NCBI RefSeq assembly: GCF_039654945.1 | Contig: NW_027361728.1 | Coordinates: forward strand, 48,484,001 to 48,548,000 | Direction: 5' to 3' | Length of the DNA: 64,000 bases | DNA from: Dendrobates tinctorius | Lineage: Eukaryota | Part shown: positions 25,701 through 37,160 of the stretch, in pieces | Numbering within the stretch: the first letter of the stretch is position 1 | Layout: every line of letters starts with the position of its first letter | Translations under genes and position numbers: made by a program | Notes under the pieces: generated by a model | Told to the model about the DNA's origin: nothing | The model's input: only the letters and a program-made list of their open reading frames with translations | Databases searched by the model: none

Positions 25701-25796
25701 AACACGATTTATACCATGATGCCTACATTGGCGTCATTGGTCGTATTGGCACAGATTTTCATGACACCAACATAGGCGTCATTGGTCGGGAAGGGC
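22773..25796. mobile_element. Non-autonomous piggyBac-type element with ~385-bp internal tandem units and a telomere-like array
   Basis: TTAA|CCCCTTCATGACC ... GGTCGGGAAGGGC|TTAA; unit anchor GTGAC(C/A)CC..TTTTGGAAACTAG at ~23268, 23663, 24045 and 24432. Confidence 0.85.
24821..25127. repeat. Degenerate interstitial telomere-like (CCCTAA)n array
   Basis: CCCTAA hexamers mixed with TTCTAA, CCCTAG, CCATAA and ACACCCCTAA variants. Confidence 0.9.
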
Positions 25797-25952
25797 TTAA
25801 ACAGCTGTCACAGTGGTGAAGTGAAATTTAATATTTTTTCCTTTGCTATGCACCCACTATAGTCAATATGCACATGACCAATTTTCCAAATGGTCGTAGG
25901 TGGAAAAAAATCACAGCATCCACCACTTTTTTGCTCTATTTATTGACCTGAC

Positions 25953-26285
25953 TAGAGTTGAGCGACTTTGGTCGGATCTGGTTTTGTGAAACCCAAATGA
26001 AACAAAATTTGAGTAGGATGAAACTGGTCCGACTAGGGCAAAAAAAGTCGACGTTTCATCCGAAACCCGACCCCAATGCAAGTCAATGGGAAATAAAAGT
26101 CAGCATTGAGCGGATGACATTCATCCACTCAATGCCGACTTTTATTCTCCATTGACTTGCTTTGGGGACGGGTTTCGGACGAAACTCCGACTTTTTTTGC
26201 TCTAGTCGGACCAGTTTTATCCAACTCAAATTTTGTTTAATTCGGGTTTCACAAAACCCGATCTGACAAAAGTCACTCAACTCTA
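25953..26285. mobile_element. Palindromic hAT MITE
   Basis: TAGAGTTGAGCGA...TCACTCAACTCTA; 8-bp TSD GACCTGAC/AACCTGAC (7 of 8 match); whole element is an inverted repeat. Confidence 0.9.
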
Positions 26286-28399
26286 AACCTGACAAGTGCA
26301 TGTAAATAGCAGCAGCTTATACACTCATTCACTATGAGTGCGAGCACCTAGAAGGTGCACTCGGAGTCAGTCACATACACAATATGCCAACGTGACTAAC
26401 ACAGGTTTCAGTACAGCTGTATGAACTTAGCCTAAATGACTACAAATAGGAATTCAAGAACCCAAGTACCATAAAATCTGTATCACTCATTATTGAAATA
26501 CCTACTAAGAAAAACAAACAAAAAAGATTAAAAGAGTAACCTAACTGTAACCAACTAGAGAACAAGAGGATTTTCTAATAGTGTAAGTGGCTGACAACAT
26601 AATAAGAAATAACATCTCAATTTGGAGCTAGCTTCCCTTTCAATTTCTTATGGTTTAATTTTCTAATAATCTGTTTGACCTTATTTTGCAATATTTACCA
26701 TATGTGCAATGTTAATAATGAAGACCAGTCAAAACCACTGACAGGTAAATTGAATAACTTATTATTTTGTTACAATGGCACTTGTCAAGGTATGAGAGAT
26801 ATTAAAAAACATGTGAACACTTAGTCCTTGAGGTTGATATGTAGGAAGTAAAAAAAAAAAATCATAAGATCCAGGCTACTTCGAAAAGGGCCAAATTAAC
26901 AGATATACCACTTGGTAAGTGCATTTCCCCCCAGAAAAAAAAAAACAGTTTTGCTAGATGTTCATGGTATATAATTAATTGTAAAGATGAGTGGATCAGG
27001 CAAAATTCAAATTTGCCTGTACGTACAAATTTCCGGGGAAATTCGATATGCAGAGAAAATATTCAACACTAATTTTATATACCATATTATGCTCTTGAAT
27101 CTCTCCAGATTAGGAGTCTACACAGACTGAAGAGGGCCCCTGTGCAAGAACACTACAAGAGCCCTTTGTGATCCAATAGCTCATCACAATGTACAATTTC
27201 ACCTGCTATGCAGGGAGAAGTGAGCCTCTTTACCTATATTATGTAGCCCCTGAGTACCAATTATATTTCGGCCTTTGCTACAAACCCATGATCATAAGAA
27301 ATGTAAGATGCAAAAAACTCACCAATCACCTCTCCAGCCACCAATTGGTTCCTTATTGCATCTTCTAATCACCACTATGAGCGCTGAGATCCCTGGGCCT
27401 CACACTCTAGCCTTTGACTTCTGACTATAATGACGCTTTGGAGGATTTTGTGGAAGGGGCGTACATAGAAATCATGGGGCCCCAGTCCCCATAGCAAAAG
27501 TCTGAATGAGGCCCCCCAAAAAAATTCACCTCCAGGAGTTGTGCAAATCCAGCCAGAGAGTTCAGCCAGGAGGACTAGAAAGGAGAAGTTAGGAGGAGCC
27601 AGGTACAGAGTGACGTAGGTGTGCACATTTAATAAAAAGGCACACGTCACAGCATAGCCCAGGGGCGGATACTGAAAGCTTTGGGCTAGATAAGCAGAGG
27701 TCTATTTTACCAATACCGATCAAAAGTATATGTAGCAAATTGGTATGGACATAAAATATTTAAAACTTAACTTTTAATCACAATTTAAAAACTGTAAAGT
27801 GCCAAAATAGTGCCAGAAAAAAGTGCCCGTGCAATCGTGCCAATAAAAACAGCAACCTTGGCTGAGACGCCTTATATTGTCTTAATATTGGACAGAATAA
27901 ATTTTCCTTTTTTGTGCCAAAATATGCTTGAATGACCAGTGTATCTGGATGTATTCCAGGTATGTTACCCAAAATACTATCTTAGCATATATGGCAACAC
28001 TTATTGAAATTATTGCAGTATCCTCTTTGGGAACTCAAACCTTATTATTCCTATTTCCATCTCAATTATTATCAATACTCTTCAAGACAAGGCGAATCAA
28101 AAAAGGAGTATCTATTGCTCCACATCAGAAAGAATTCGTACTATAAAAGCATTTCTCACAGGTTAATATGAACCATACATAGTACCCATGGAGTCCAGTA
28201 AATTAATGCCTTGTACTCCGCAATATTCCTGCATAATAAATACTCTCACGGTGAGACAAAAGTATGTCATTATACTCATCTCAGGTGTATTAGTCCTATA
28301 CACCGATGCTTGTGCATGTGCTCCTGAAGAAGGGGGCCCCCAGTCTCAGCATATTCTCATGCCTGCAATCATCTGGACGGCCTAATTCCCACACTGTAT

Positions 28400-28439
28400 C
28401 TCCCAACGCTTTTTATCTATTCAGGACTCATCAGGGGAG
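28400..28439 (-). ncRNA. Mutated hammerhead copy in the inverted arm
   Basis: Reverse complement CTCCCCTGATGAGTCCTGAATAGATAAAAAGCGTTGGGAG; the GAAA box has become AAAA. Confidence 0.6.
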
Positions 28440-29228
28440 TTTATGGAGTTCAATTAGAAACATAGTGCGCAGGTTTCACTTTCTCTTGCCTTATATGTAA
28501 CTGAGCACAGTGCGGTATCCTGTCAGTTTCCGGACGCCGGGTACATCATTTCCGTTCCCTCCATTTGTAATGGACCCTCTCTATCTGCGTGCCCCACTTC
28601 CTGGGCTTGGCTTCGGGCCATTCACATCACGTCCCGTCTAAGCAGCCAAGCGTCATCGCCACAGCGCTCACATGACTTACAGTGTCTATGGCAACCTGAT
28701 GCTGCATTATACTTTACCTGTGTGTCTAAAGGATTACATTATAGACATATTGGGTTTCTGCAGTCTCCTAGTTAAGCAACATTTGTGTAGCTTAATTATC
28801 CACATCCTTGGAAACAACTGCATCAAAAATATGAAACTCAGCTAATTCGGACATATTAAATTGCTGAGTACCTTAGTAATGGACACCTTGCAAAGATTCC
28901 ATATCCAATTTGATAGCATTCACATTTACAATAGAAAGAGGACAAATAAGATGCATCTATAGTGACTTTCACCTAAAAAAATATATATACTGAAGGGATC
29001 ATGTTCAGAAATATCTGGTGTGTTATGTTATTGCATGCTGAATAGGGACACCACGGATCTTCTTACTTATTGGAAGTATAGAAAGGGTGCTCACTAGATC
29101 TCTCCCTGTTAATCCCTCACTATTTGCTCCCTGCCTCAAGCGGAGGTTGGCACCCTAATATCCTGCGCAAGTGGCGCCCCCACTCGTCGATGGCTCTCCC
29201 TAGAGTAAGCATCCCTATTACTCCCTCC

Positions 29229-29640
29229 CTACAAGAAGGAAGAAAAGGAGAGTATATCATTTAAACCCTTAGGGTGCACTGTTTGTAAAGTAAAAATCCA
29301 AAAAGTTTCCCTTTGGAGGATGTATTTGTCCCAATCACCTCCTCTCTGATTTCTGGAAATTTTTTCAATACCTATGAAACTGATCATCTTAAGATCTCCC
29401 TTATGGGTCTGGATAATATGATTGGCTACTGGGGTATCGCGTTTGTTGATGGTATCTCTATGATGCTCTCCTACCCTTACCCTAAGTTCTCTCTTTGTCT
29501 TGCCAACATATTCTAGACCACATCTGCACGTCATCTTATATATTACTCCTACTGATCTACAGTTAATAAACTGATGGATGGGGTATGTTTTTCCTGTGTT
29601 GTTACTACAGAATTAATTATTTTTTTCAATCAAAGTACAG
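29229..29640 (-). pseudogene. Inverted second copy of the Penelope GIY-YIG domain
   Basis: ORF 29229-29534(-) translates identically to ORF 32276-32581(+). Confidence 0.92.
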
Positions 29641-32581
29641 GTTTTCATATCATCTGGGAGATGTAGACCCCAATGAATATGGTGAAGGTCCATTTACGGA
29701 TTTTAAGAATAAAAGCAAATGTTTGCCACCAACCAATAATGATATAAGCGCCATAGATGTCTTTTCTAATTTGGTGTCCAGAGATTTGATTGAATTAGAA
29801 AAATCTCAAAAACGTAGACCTCGTAATCTTACCAAAACAGAAATGGATGGCCTGCTGGATTTAGGGAGAGATGCCACTAGGGTAATTAAACCATCAGATA
29901 AAGGTGGCAACACAGTAATAATGGATGTGGCCCAGTATAGAACACTGTGTTACTCTCTATTGCAGAAATCCATGGGGTATGAGATACTTGAATATAACCC
30001 TACAGAATCATACCTTAGAGAACTTAAAATACTGGTTGATGGGGCCTTCCAATCAAAATTAATCGACAAAAATGAAAGAGATTTTTTACTCCCTCTAAGT
30101 CCGGTAGTGGCAACTTTTTATGCCCTGCCTAAGGTGCACAAAGGCTTAGTACCACTAAGAGGAAGACCCATAGTCTCTGGAATTGGGAGTTTAACCCAAA
30201 ATTTAGGGCTATATGTTGATAAAATTTTGAGACCATTTGTGGTCCTACACACGGGACACCACTGATCTTTTGTTAAAACTGGATAACATTGAGTTGGACA
30301 CCAATATGATATTGGGTTCAATCGATGTAGAAGCCTTGTACTCATCGATCCCCCATGAGAAGGGATTAATGGCTGCGGACTACTACTTAAGAACGAGGGG
30401 TCTACAATATGTGGAACACAATCAATTTGTGATGAGGGCCCTTGAATTTTGTTTAACCAAAAATTTTTTCCTCTTTGATGGCAAGTACTTCCACCAGCTC
30501 AGGGGCACTGCGATGGGTAGCCCTTGTGCACCATCATATGCTAATCTGCTCCTGGGCTGGTGGGAGGAAAATGCCATTTTCGGAGAGCATTCAGAAGTAG
30601 CGGAGGAAAATATTGTTCTGTGGCTTCACTACATGGACGATGTGTTCATCATTTGGAAGGGTAATGAGAACGGTTTCTGTAACTTTGTTAAAGGCCTCAA
30701 TAAGAACGATCTAGGCCATAGCTTTACCTGTGAGGTAAATGCGTATAGATTACCGTTCTTAGATGTCCTGATTGAACGGGGGGAGAATGGGCGCCTATTA
30801 ACTAAGACATATAGAAAACCCACATTTTCTAATTCACTTTTGAGATGGGAGTCTAACCATCCAGTTTCCCTGAAAAAAGGTATTCCTAAAGGGCAGTACC
30901 TTCGCATGAGAAGGAATTGTTCAGATCAGGGTACCTATAAGATACAAGCTGATGACTTGAGATCCCGTTTCTTAGAACGAGGATACCCAGATGGAATTCT
31001 AAGGAATGCCTACAGGACATCTTTGGCTAGAGATAGAAAGGATTTACTCATCTCAATGCAGAAAGCCAAGGACAAAGGAACTATAAGATTCATTACAAAA
31101 TATTGAAATGGAGCAAATGATATAAAAGAAATAATAAACCGACATTTGCCAATTTTATGCATGGATCAGGATCTTACAAAAGTTATACCTACATACCCAC
31201 AGATTACATACAAGAAAGGTCGTTCTTTAATAGTTAGGTTGGTCCGCAGCCATTTTGCCCCAAAAAGTGTTGACAGCACCACATGGTTAGACACCCAACG
31301 AAAACGAACAGGATGCTTCAAAATGTGGGTGCTGCAAATACTGTTATGAATGAGTCACCGAAGGAGGAAAAAACAAAAATACAAGCTAAGTCCAGAAAAC
31401 CGGAGAGGTTGGTAGCTATCGGATTGCAGACCCCTGATCCTATCCACAACAACTAACAGTAGCCGTGGGGGGTTCCTACAATGCCCTAGACCCCTCGAAC
31501 ACAGCCAGAGAACTAAATAGGCCTAAAGAAAGAAAGGGGAAATCTAAACTGCCCCAGAGCAGACCCCAAAGCAATAGGCAGTCCCCAACATATAATGACG
31601 GTGAAGCAAGATGAAAACACTAACACAGATAGAAAGATAGGTTGAGCAAACGATGGTGCCCAAGCTAACTAAAAAGGACAGGATAGAAAAGCTGCTGTCT
31701 GCAATCCGTAAAAAGCCCTACCAAAAAATGTCCCAACCGTCTGAAAGGAAAAACAGGCCCTGAAGTCGCTAGGACTTCAAAAAGACTATATCAGCACTCA
31801 GGTAAATTCTGAAGACAGAGCAAAGAGACAAACTAATCAGAGTCAAAAATGGAACTCAGCACACCCCCGACCGGGGATGGCAGAACTCCAAAAAACAAGG
31901 TAAACAAAACAAAACTATTAAGTTCAATAGCAGAGCAAAAACTTATCTTTGGGAAGCAGGAATCAGACTGGTCTCCAAGAATCCAGCAGAGAAATCACCA
32001 GCGACTCAGAAGGGCGTCGACTGCCTTATATCCAGTCAGAATTTCCTGTTACCCAGTCATCATCAACCAGATCAGGTGTTTGGTAATCAGCTTCACTACC
32101 TTCCCTCACCAGAAGAGGGAGTTCATCAGACATCGACGGTGAAGGGGAAAATGAACTCACAACAAAATACTGTACTTCGATTGAAAAAAATAATGCATTC
32201 TGTAGTAACAACACAGGAAAAACATACCCCATCCATCAGTTTATTAACTGTAGATCAGTAGGAGTAATATATAAGATGACATGCAGATGTGGTCTAGAAT
32301 ATGTTGGCAAGACAAAGAGAGAACTTAGGGTAAGGGTAGGAGAGCATCATAGAGATACCATCAACAAACGCGATACCCCAGTAGCCAATCATATTATCCA
32401 GACCCATAAGGGAGATCTTAAGATGATCAGTTTCATAGGTATTGAAAAAATTTCCAGAAATCAGAGAGGAGGTGATTGGGACAAATACATCCTCCAAAGG
32501 GAAACTTTTTGGATTTTTACTTTACAAACAGTGCACCCTAAGGGTTTAAATGATATACTCTCCTTTTCTTCCTTCTTGTAG
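29641..32581 (+). pseudogene. Penelope RT, Cys linker and GIY-YIG endonuclease (frameshifted, split by a solo LTR)
   Basis: IKPSDKGGNTVIMD, FYALPKVHK..GRPIVSG, SIDVEALYSSIPH, GTAMGSPCAPSYANL, YMDDVF, LPFLDV, YRKPT, IPKGQYLRMRRNCS. Removing the LTR plus one TSD copy restores CGCCKYCTS..INC..VIYKMTCRCGLEYVGKTKR..GEH..LQRETFWIFTL..PKGLN. Confidence 0.93.
31342..32164 (-). mobile_element. Solo Gypsy LTR (relative of 1271-2125) inserted in the Penelope ORF
   Basis: TGTTATGA...ACTCACAACA; AAATAC duplicated at 31336-31341 and 32165-32170; aligns to the reverse complement of the first LTR at both ends. Confidence 0.9.
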
Positions 32582-33315
32582 GGAGGGAGTAATAGGGATG
32601 CTTACTCTAGGGAGAGCCGTCGACGAGTGGGGGCGCCACTTGCGCAGGATATTAGGGTGCCAACCTCCGCTTGAGGCAGGGAGCAAATAGTGAGGGATTA
32701 ACAGGGAGAGATCTAGTGAGCACCCTTTCTATACTTCCAATAAGTAAGAAGATCCGTGGTGTCCCTATTCAGCATGCAATAACATAACACACCAGATATT
32801 TCTGAACATGATCCCTTCAGTATATATATTTTTTAGGTGAAAGTCACTATAGATGTGTCTTATTTGTCCTCTTTCTATTGTAAATGTGAATGCTATCAAA
32901 TTGGATATGGAATCTTTGCAAGGTGTCCATTACTAAGGTACTCAGCAATTTAATATGTCCGAATTAGCTGAGTTTCATATTTTTGAATCCGTTGTTTCCA
33001 AGGATGTGGATAATTAAGCTACACAAATGTTGCTTAACTAGGAGACTGCAGAAACCCAATATGTCTATAATGTAATCCTTTAGACACAGGGGTAAAGTAT
33101 AATGCAGCATCAGGTTGCCATAGACACTGTAAGTCATGTGAGCGCTGTGGCGATGATGCTTGGCTGCTTAGACGGGACGTGACGTGAATGGCCCGAAGCC
33201 AAGCCCAGGAAGTGGGGCACGCAGATAGAGAGGGTCCATTACACATGGAGGGACCGGAAATGATGTATCCGGCGTCCGGAAACTGACAGGATACCGCATT
33301 GTGCTCAGTTACATA

Positions 33316-34922
33316 CAGTGGGGAAAAAAAGTATTTAGTCAGTCAGCAATAGTGCAAGTTCCACCACTTAAAAAGATGAGAGGCGTCTGTAATTTACATC
33401 ATAGGTAGACCTCAACTATGGGAGACAAACTGAGAAAAAAAAATCCAGAAAATCACATTGTCTGTTTTTTTTTAATTTTATTTGCATATTATGGTGGAAA
33501 ATAAGTATTTGGTCAGAAACAAGCAATCAAGATTTCTGGCTCTCACAGACCTGTAACTTCTTCTTTAAGAGTCTCCTCTTTCCTCCACTCATTACCTGTA
33601 GTAATGGCACCTGTTTAAACTTGTTATCAGTATAAAAAGACACCTGTGCACACCCTCAAACAGTCTGACTCCAAACTCCACTATGGTGAAGACCAAAGAG
33701 CTGTCAAAGGACACCAGAATCAAAATTGTAGCCCTGCACCAGGCTGGGAAGACTGAATCTGCAATAGCCAACCAGCTTGGAGTGAAGAAATAAACTGTGG
33801 GAGCAATAATTAGAAAATGGAAGACATACAAGACCACTGATAATCTCCCTCGATCTGGTGCTCCACGCAAAATCCCACCCCGTGGGGTCAGAATGATCAC
33901 AAGAACGGTGAGCAAAAATCCCAGAACCACGCGGGAGGGACCTAGTGAATGAACTGCACAGAGCTGGGACCAATGTAACAAGGCCTACCATAAGTAACAC
34001 ACTACGCCACCATGGACTCAGATCCTGCAGTGCCAGACGTGTCCCACTGCTTAAGCCTGTACATGTCCGGGTCCGTCTGAAGTTTGCTAGAGAGCATTTG
34101 GATGATCCAGAGGAGTTTTGGGAGAATGTCCTATGGTCTGATGAAACCAAACTGGAACTGTTTGGTAGAAACACAACTTGTCGTGTTTGGAGGAAAAAGA
34201 ATACTGAGTTGCATCCATCAAACACCATACCTACTGTAAAGCATGGTGGTGGAAACATCATGCTTTGGGGCTTTTTCTCTGCAAAGGGGCCAGGACGACT
34301 GATCCAGGTACATGAAAGAATGAATGGGGCCATGTATCGTGAGATTTTGAGTGCAAACCTCCTTCCATCAGCAAGGGCATTGAAGATGAAACGTGGCTGG
34401 GTCTTTCAACATGACAATGATCCAAAGCACACCGCCAGGGCAATGAAGGAGTGGCTTCGTAAGAAGCATTTCAAGGTCCTGGAGTGGCCTAGCCAGTCTC
34501 CAGATCTCAACCCTATAGAAAACCTTTGGAGGGAGTTGAAAGTCCATGTTGCCAAGCGAAAAGCCAAAAACATCACTGCTCTAGAGGAGATCTGCATGGA
34601 GGAATGGGCCAATATACCAACAACAGTGTGTGGCAAACTTGTGAAGACTTACAGAAAACGTTTGACCTCTGTCATTGCCAACAAAGGATATATCACAAAG
34701 TATTGAGATGAAATTTTGTTTCTGACCAAATACTTATTTTCCACCATAATATGCAAATAAAATGAAAAAAAAACAGACAATGTGATTTTCTGGATTTTTT
34801 TTTCTCGGTTTGTCTCCCATAGTTGAGGTTTACCTATGATGTAAATTACAGACGCCTCTCATCTTTTTAAGTGGTGGAACTTGCACTATTGCTGACTGAC
34901 TAAATACTTTTTTTCCCCACTG
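33316..34922 (+). mobile_element. Tc1 DD34E transposon with long (~220-bp) TIRs
   Basis: TA|CAGTGGGGAAAAAAAGTATTTAGTC...CCCCACTG|TA; the empty site is seen in the other Penelope arm at ~28492. Confidence 0.96.
33683..34706 (+). pseudogene. Tc1 transposase (stop at 33791, frameshift at ~33935)
   Basis: MVKTKELSKDTR start; [37 protein letters not shown] (34 residues between the last D and E). Confidence 0.95.
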
Positions 34923-34978
34923 TATAAGGCAAGAGAAAGTGAAACCTGCGCGCTATGTTTCTAATTGAACTCCATAAA

Positions 34979-35018
34979 CTCCCCTGATGAGTCCTAAATA
35001 GATGAAACGTGTTGGGAG
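34979..35018 (+). ncRNA. Minimal type I hammerhead ribozyme motif in the Penelope 3' repeat
   Basis: CTCCC-CTGATGA-GTC(CTAAATA)GAT-GAAA-CGTG-TT-GGGAG: stem I CTCCC/GGGAG, both core boxes intact, short stem III. Confidence 0.75.
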
Positions 35019-35705
35019 ATACGGTGTGGGAATTAGGCCGTCCAGATGATTGCAGGCATGAGAATATGCTGAGACTGGGGGCCCCCTTCTTCAGGAGCGC
35101 ATACACAAGCATCGGTGTATAGGACTAATACACCTGAGATGAGTATAATGACATACTTTTGTCTCACCGTGAGAGTATTTATTATGCAGTAATATTGCGG
35201 AGTACAAGGCATTAATTTACTGGACTCCATGGGTACTATGTATGGTTCATATTAACCTGTGAGAAATGCTTTTATAGTACGAATTCTTTCTGATGTGGAG
35301 CAATAGATACTCCTTTTTTGATTCGCCTTGTCTTGAAGAGTATTGATAATAATTGAGATGGAAATAGGAATAATAAGGTTTGAGTTCCCAAAGAGGATAC
35401 TGCAATAATTTCAATAAGTGTTGCCATATATGCCCAGATAGTATTTTGGGTAACATACCTGGAATACATCCAGATACACTGGTCCTTCAAGTATATTTTG
35501 GCACAAAAAAGGAAAAATTATTCTGTCCAATATATAAGGCGTCTCAGCCAAGGTTGCTGTTTTTATTGGCACGATTGCACGGGCACTTTTTTGTGGCACT
35601 ATTTTGGCACTTTACAGTTTTTAAATTGTGATTAAAAGTTAAGTTTTAAGTATTTTATATCCATACCAATTTGCTACATATAAATGAAAGCTTTGGGCCC
35701 CTGTG

Positions 35706-35706
<1 letters not shown>

Positions 35707-35751
<45 letters not shown>
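35707..35751. repeat. (TA)n microsatellite; another at ~48619-48666
   Basis: Read directly from the sequence. Confidence 0.95.
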
Positions 35752-35754
<3 letters not shown>

Positions 35755-35757
<3 letters not shown>

Positions 35758-36279
35758 TGCTCAAAAGAATAAAGGGAACACTTAAACAACAGAGTATAAC
35801 TCCAAGTAAATCAAACTTCTGTGAAATCAACTGTCACCTAGGAAGCAACACTATTTGACAATCAGTTTCATATGCTGTTGTGCAAATGGTATAGACAACA
35901 GATGGAAATTATTGGCAATTATCAAGACACTCTCAGTAAAGGAGATGAGCTGCACTACCTGAGCCACTTGTGTGGGTTGTAGAGTCCGTCTCATGCTACC
36001 ACGAGTGTGAAAGCACAAAAGTGACCAAAACATCAGCCAGAAATGATTGGTACTGAGATGTGGTCTGTGGTCCCCACCTGCAGAACCACTCCTTTATTGA
36101 GGGTTTCTTGATAATTGCCAATAATTTCCATCTGTTGTCTATTCCATTTGCACAACAGCATGTGAAATTGATTGTCAGTCAGCGTTGCTTCCTAAGTGGA
36201 CAGTTTGATTTCACAGAGGTTTGATTTACCTGGAGTTATATTCTATTGTTTAAGTGATCCCTTTATCTTTTGAGCAGTG
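35755..36279. mobile_element. Internally deleted Tc1-like element; a fragment of another Tc1 end follows at ~36290-36490
   Basis: TA|CACTGCTCAAAAGAATAAAGG...CCTTTATCTTTTGAGCAGTG with ~190-bp inverted arms. Confidence 0.85.
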
Positions 36280-36489
36280 CACATACATATAGTGGGGAAA
36301 AAAGTATTTAGTCAGCCACCAATAGTGCAAGTTCCCCCTCTTAAAAAGATGATAGAGGCCTGTAATTGACATCATGGGTAGACCACAACTATGAAAGTCA
36401 AAGTGAGAAAACAAATCCAGAAAATCACCTTGTCTGAATTGGCAAGATTTATTTTTCAAATTATGGTGGCAAAGTATTTGGTCATAACA

Positions 36490-37160
36490 AGTATTTTCCA
36501 TAACAAGTATATAATGCCCAGCAAAGCCCCCCACCCTTGTTAGGATTTTGACACTGGCTGTAGCAGCACAGGACACGTTAATCATATGGAGGAAGTCCTG
36601 ATTAAAAACTATCCCAATTTAAAGCCCATACACGAAGTGGGTTGGCTGGCAAACATTTTCCCCTGTGGGGTACACCTCAACCTTTTCCTTAACAAGTATT
36701 TAATGCCCCGAAAAAACACCCACCCTTGCTAGGTTTTGACAATGGCTGTAGCAGCACAAAACATGTTAATGCTGGTGATCTAGTGGTGGTGGATGATGAG
36801 ATGTTGAGGAAGGCCTGATAAGAATCTATGCCCAATTTAAAGAAGCGGGTCTAATAGACTTGTAATGCCCATACACTAAGTGTGTTGGATGTCAAACATT
36901 TTCCCCTGTGGGTACACCTCAACCTTTTCCATAACAAGTATTGTAGGCCTATCAAAACCACCCACCCTTGTTTGGAATTTGACACTGGCTGTAGCAGCAT
37001 GGAACACCTTATTGCTGGTGATCTGGTGACGGCGAATGATGAGACATGGAGGAAGGCCTGATTAAAAACTATGACCAATTTAAATGAGTGAGTCTCCTAA
37101 ACTTGTAGTACCCATACACTACGTGTGTTGGCTGGCAAAAATTTTCCCCTATGGGGTAAA
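36490..37160. repeat. Diverged ~190-240-bp tandem repeat (3 copies), probably hAT subterminal sequence
   Basis: AACAAGTAT..CCCACCCTTG..TTTGACA(C/A)TGGCTGTAGCAGCA recurs at ~36502, 36691 and 36932. Confidence 0.7.

Larger units (their letters stand above)
27687..35684 (+). mobile_element. Penelope-like retroelement (Neptune-type) with an inverted duplication of its 3' part
   Basis: 14-bp TSD TGAAAGCTTTGGGC (27673-27686 and 35685-35698); 27727-29640 is the reverse complement of 32170-35682 minus the Tc1; RT and GIY-YIG coding sequence. Confidence 0.92.
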
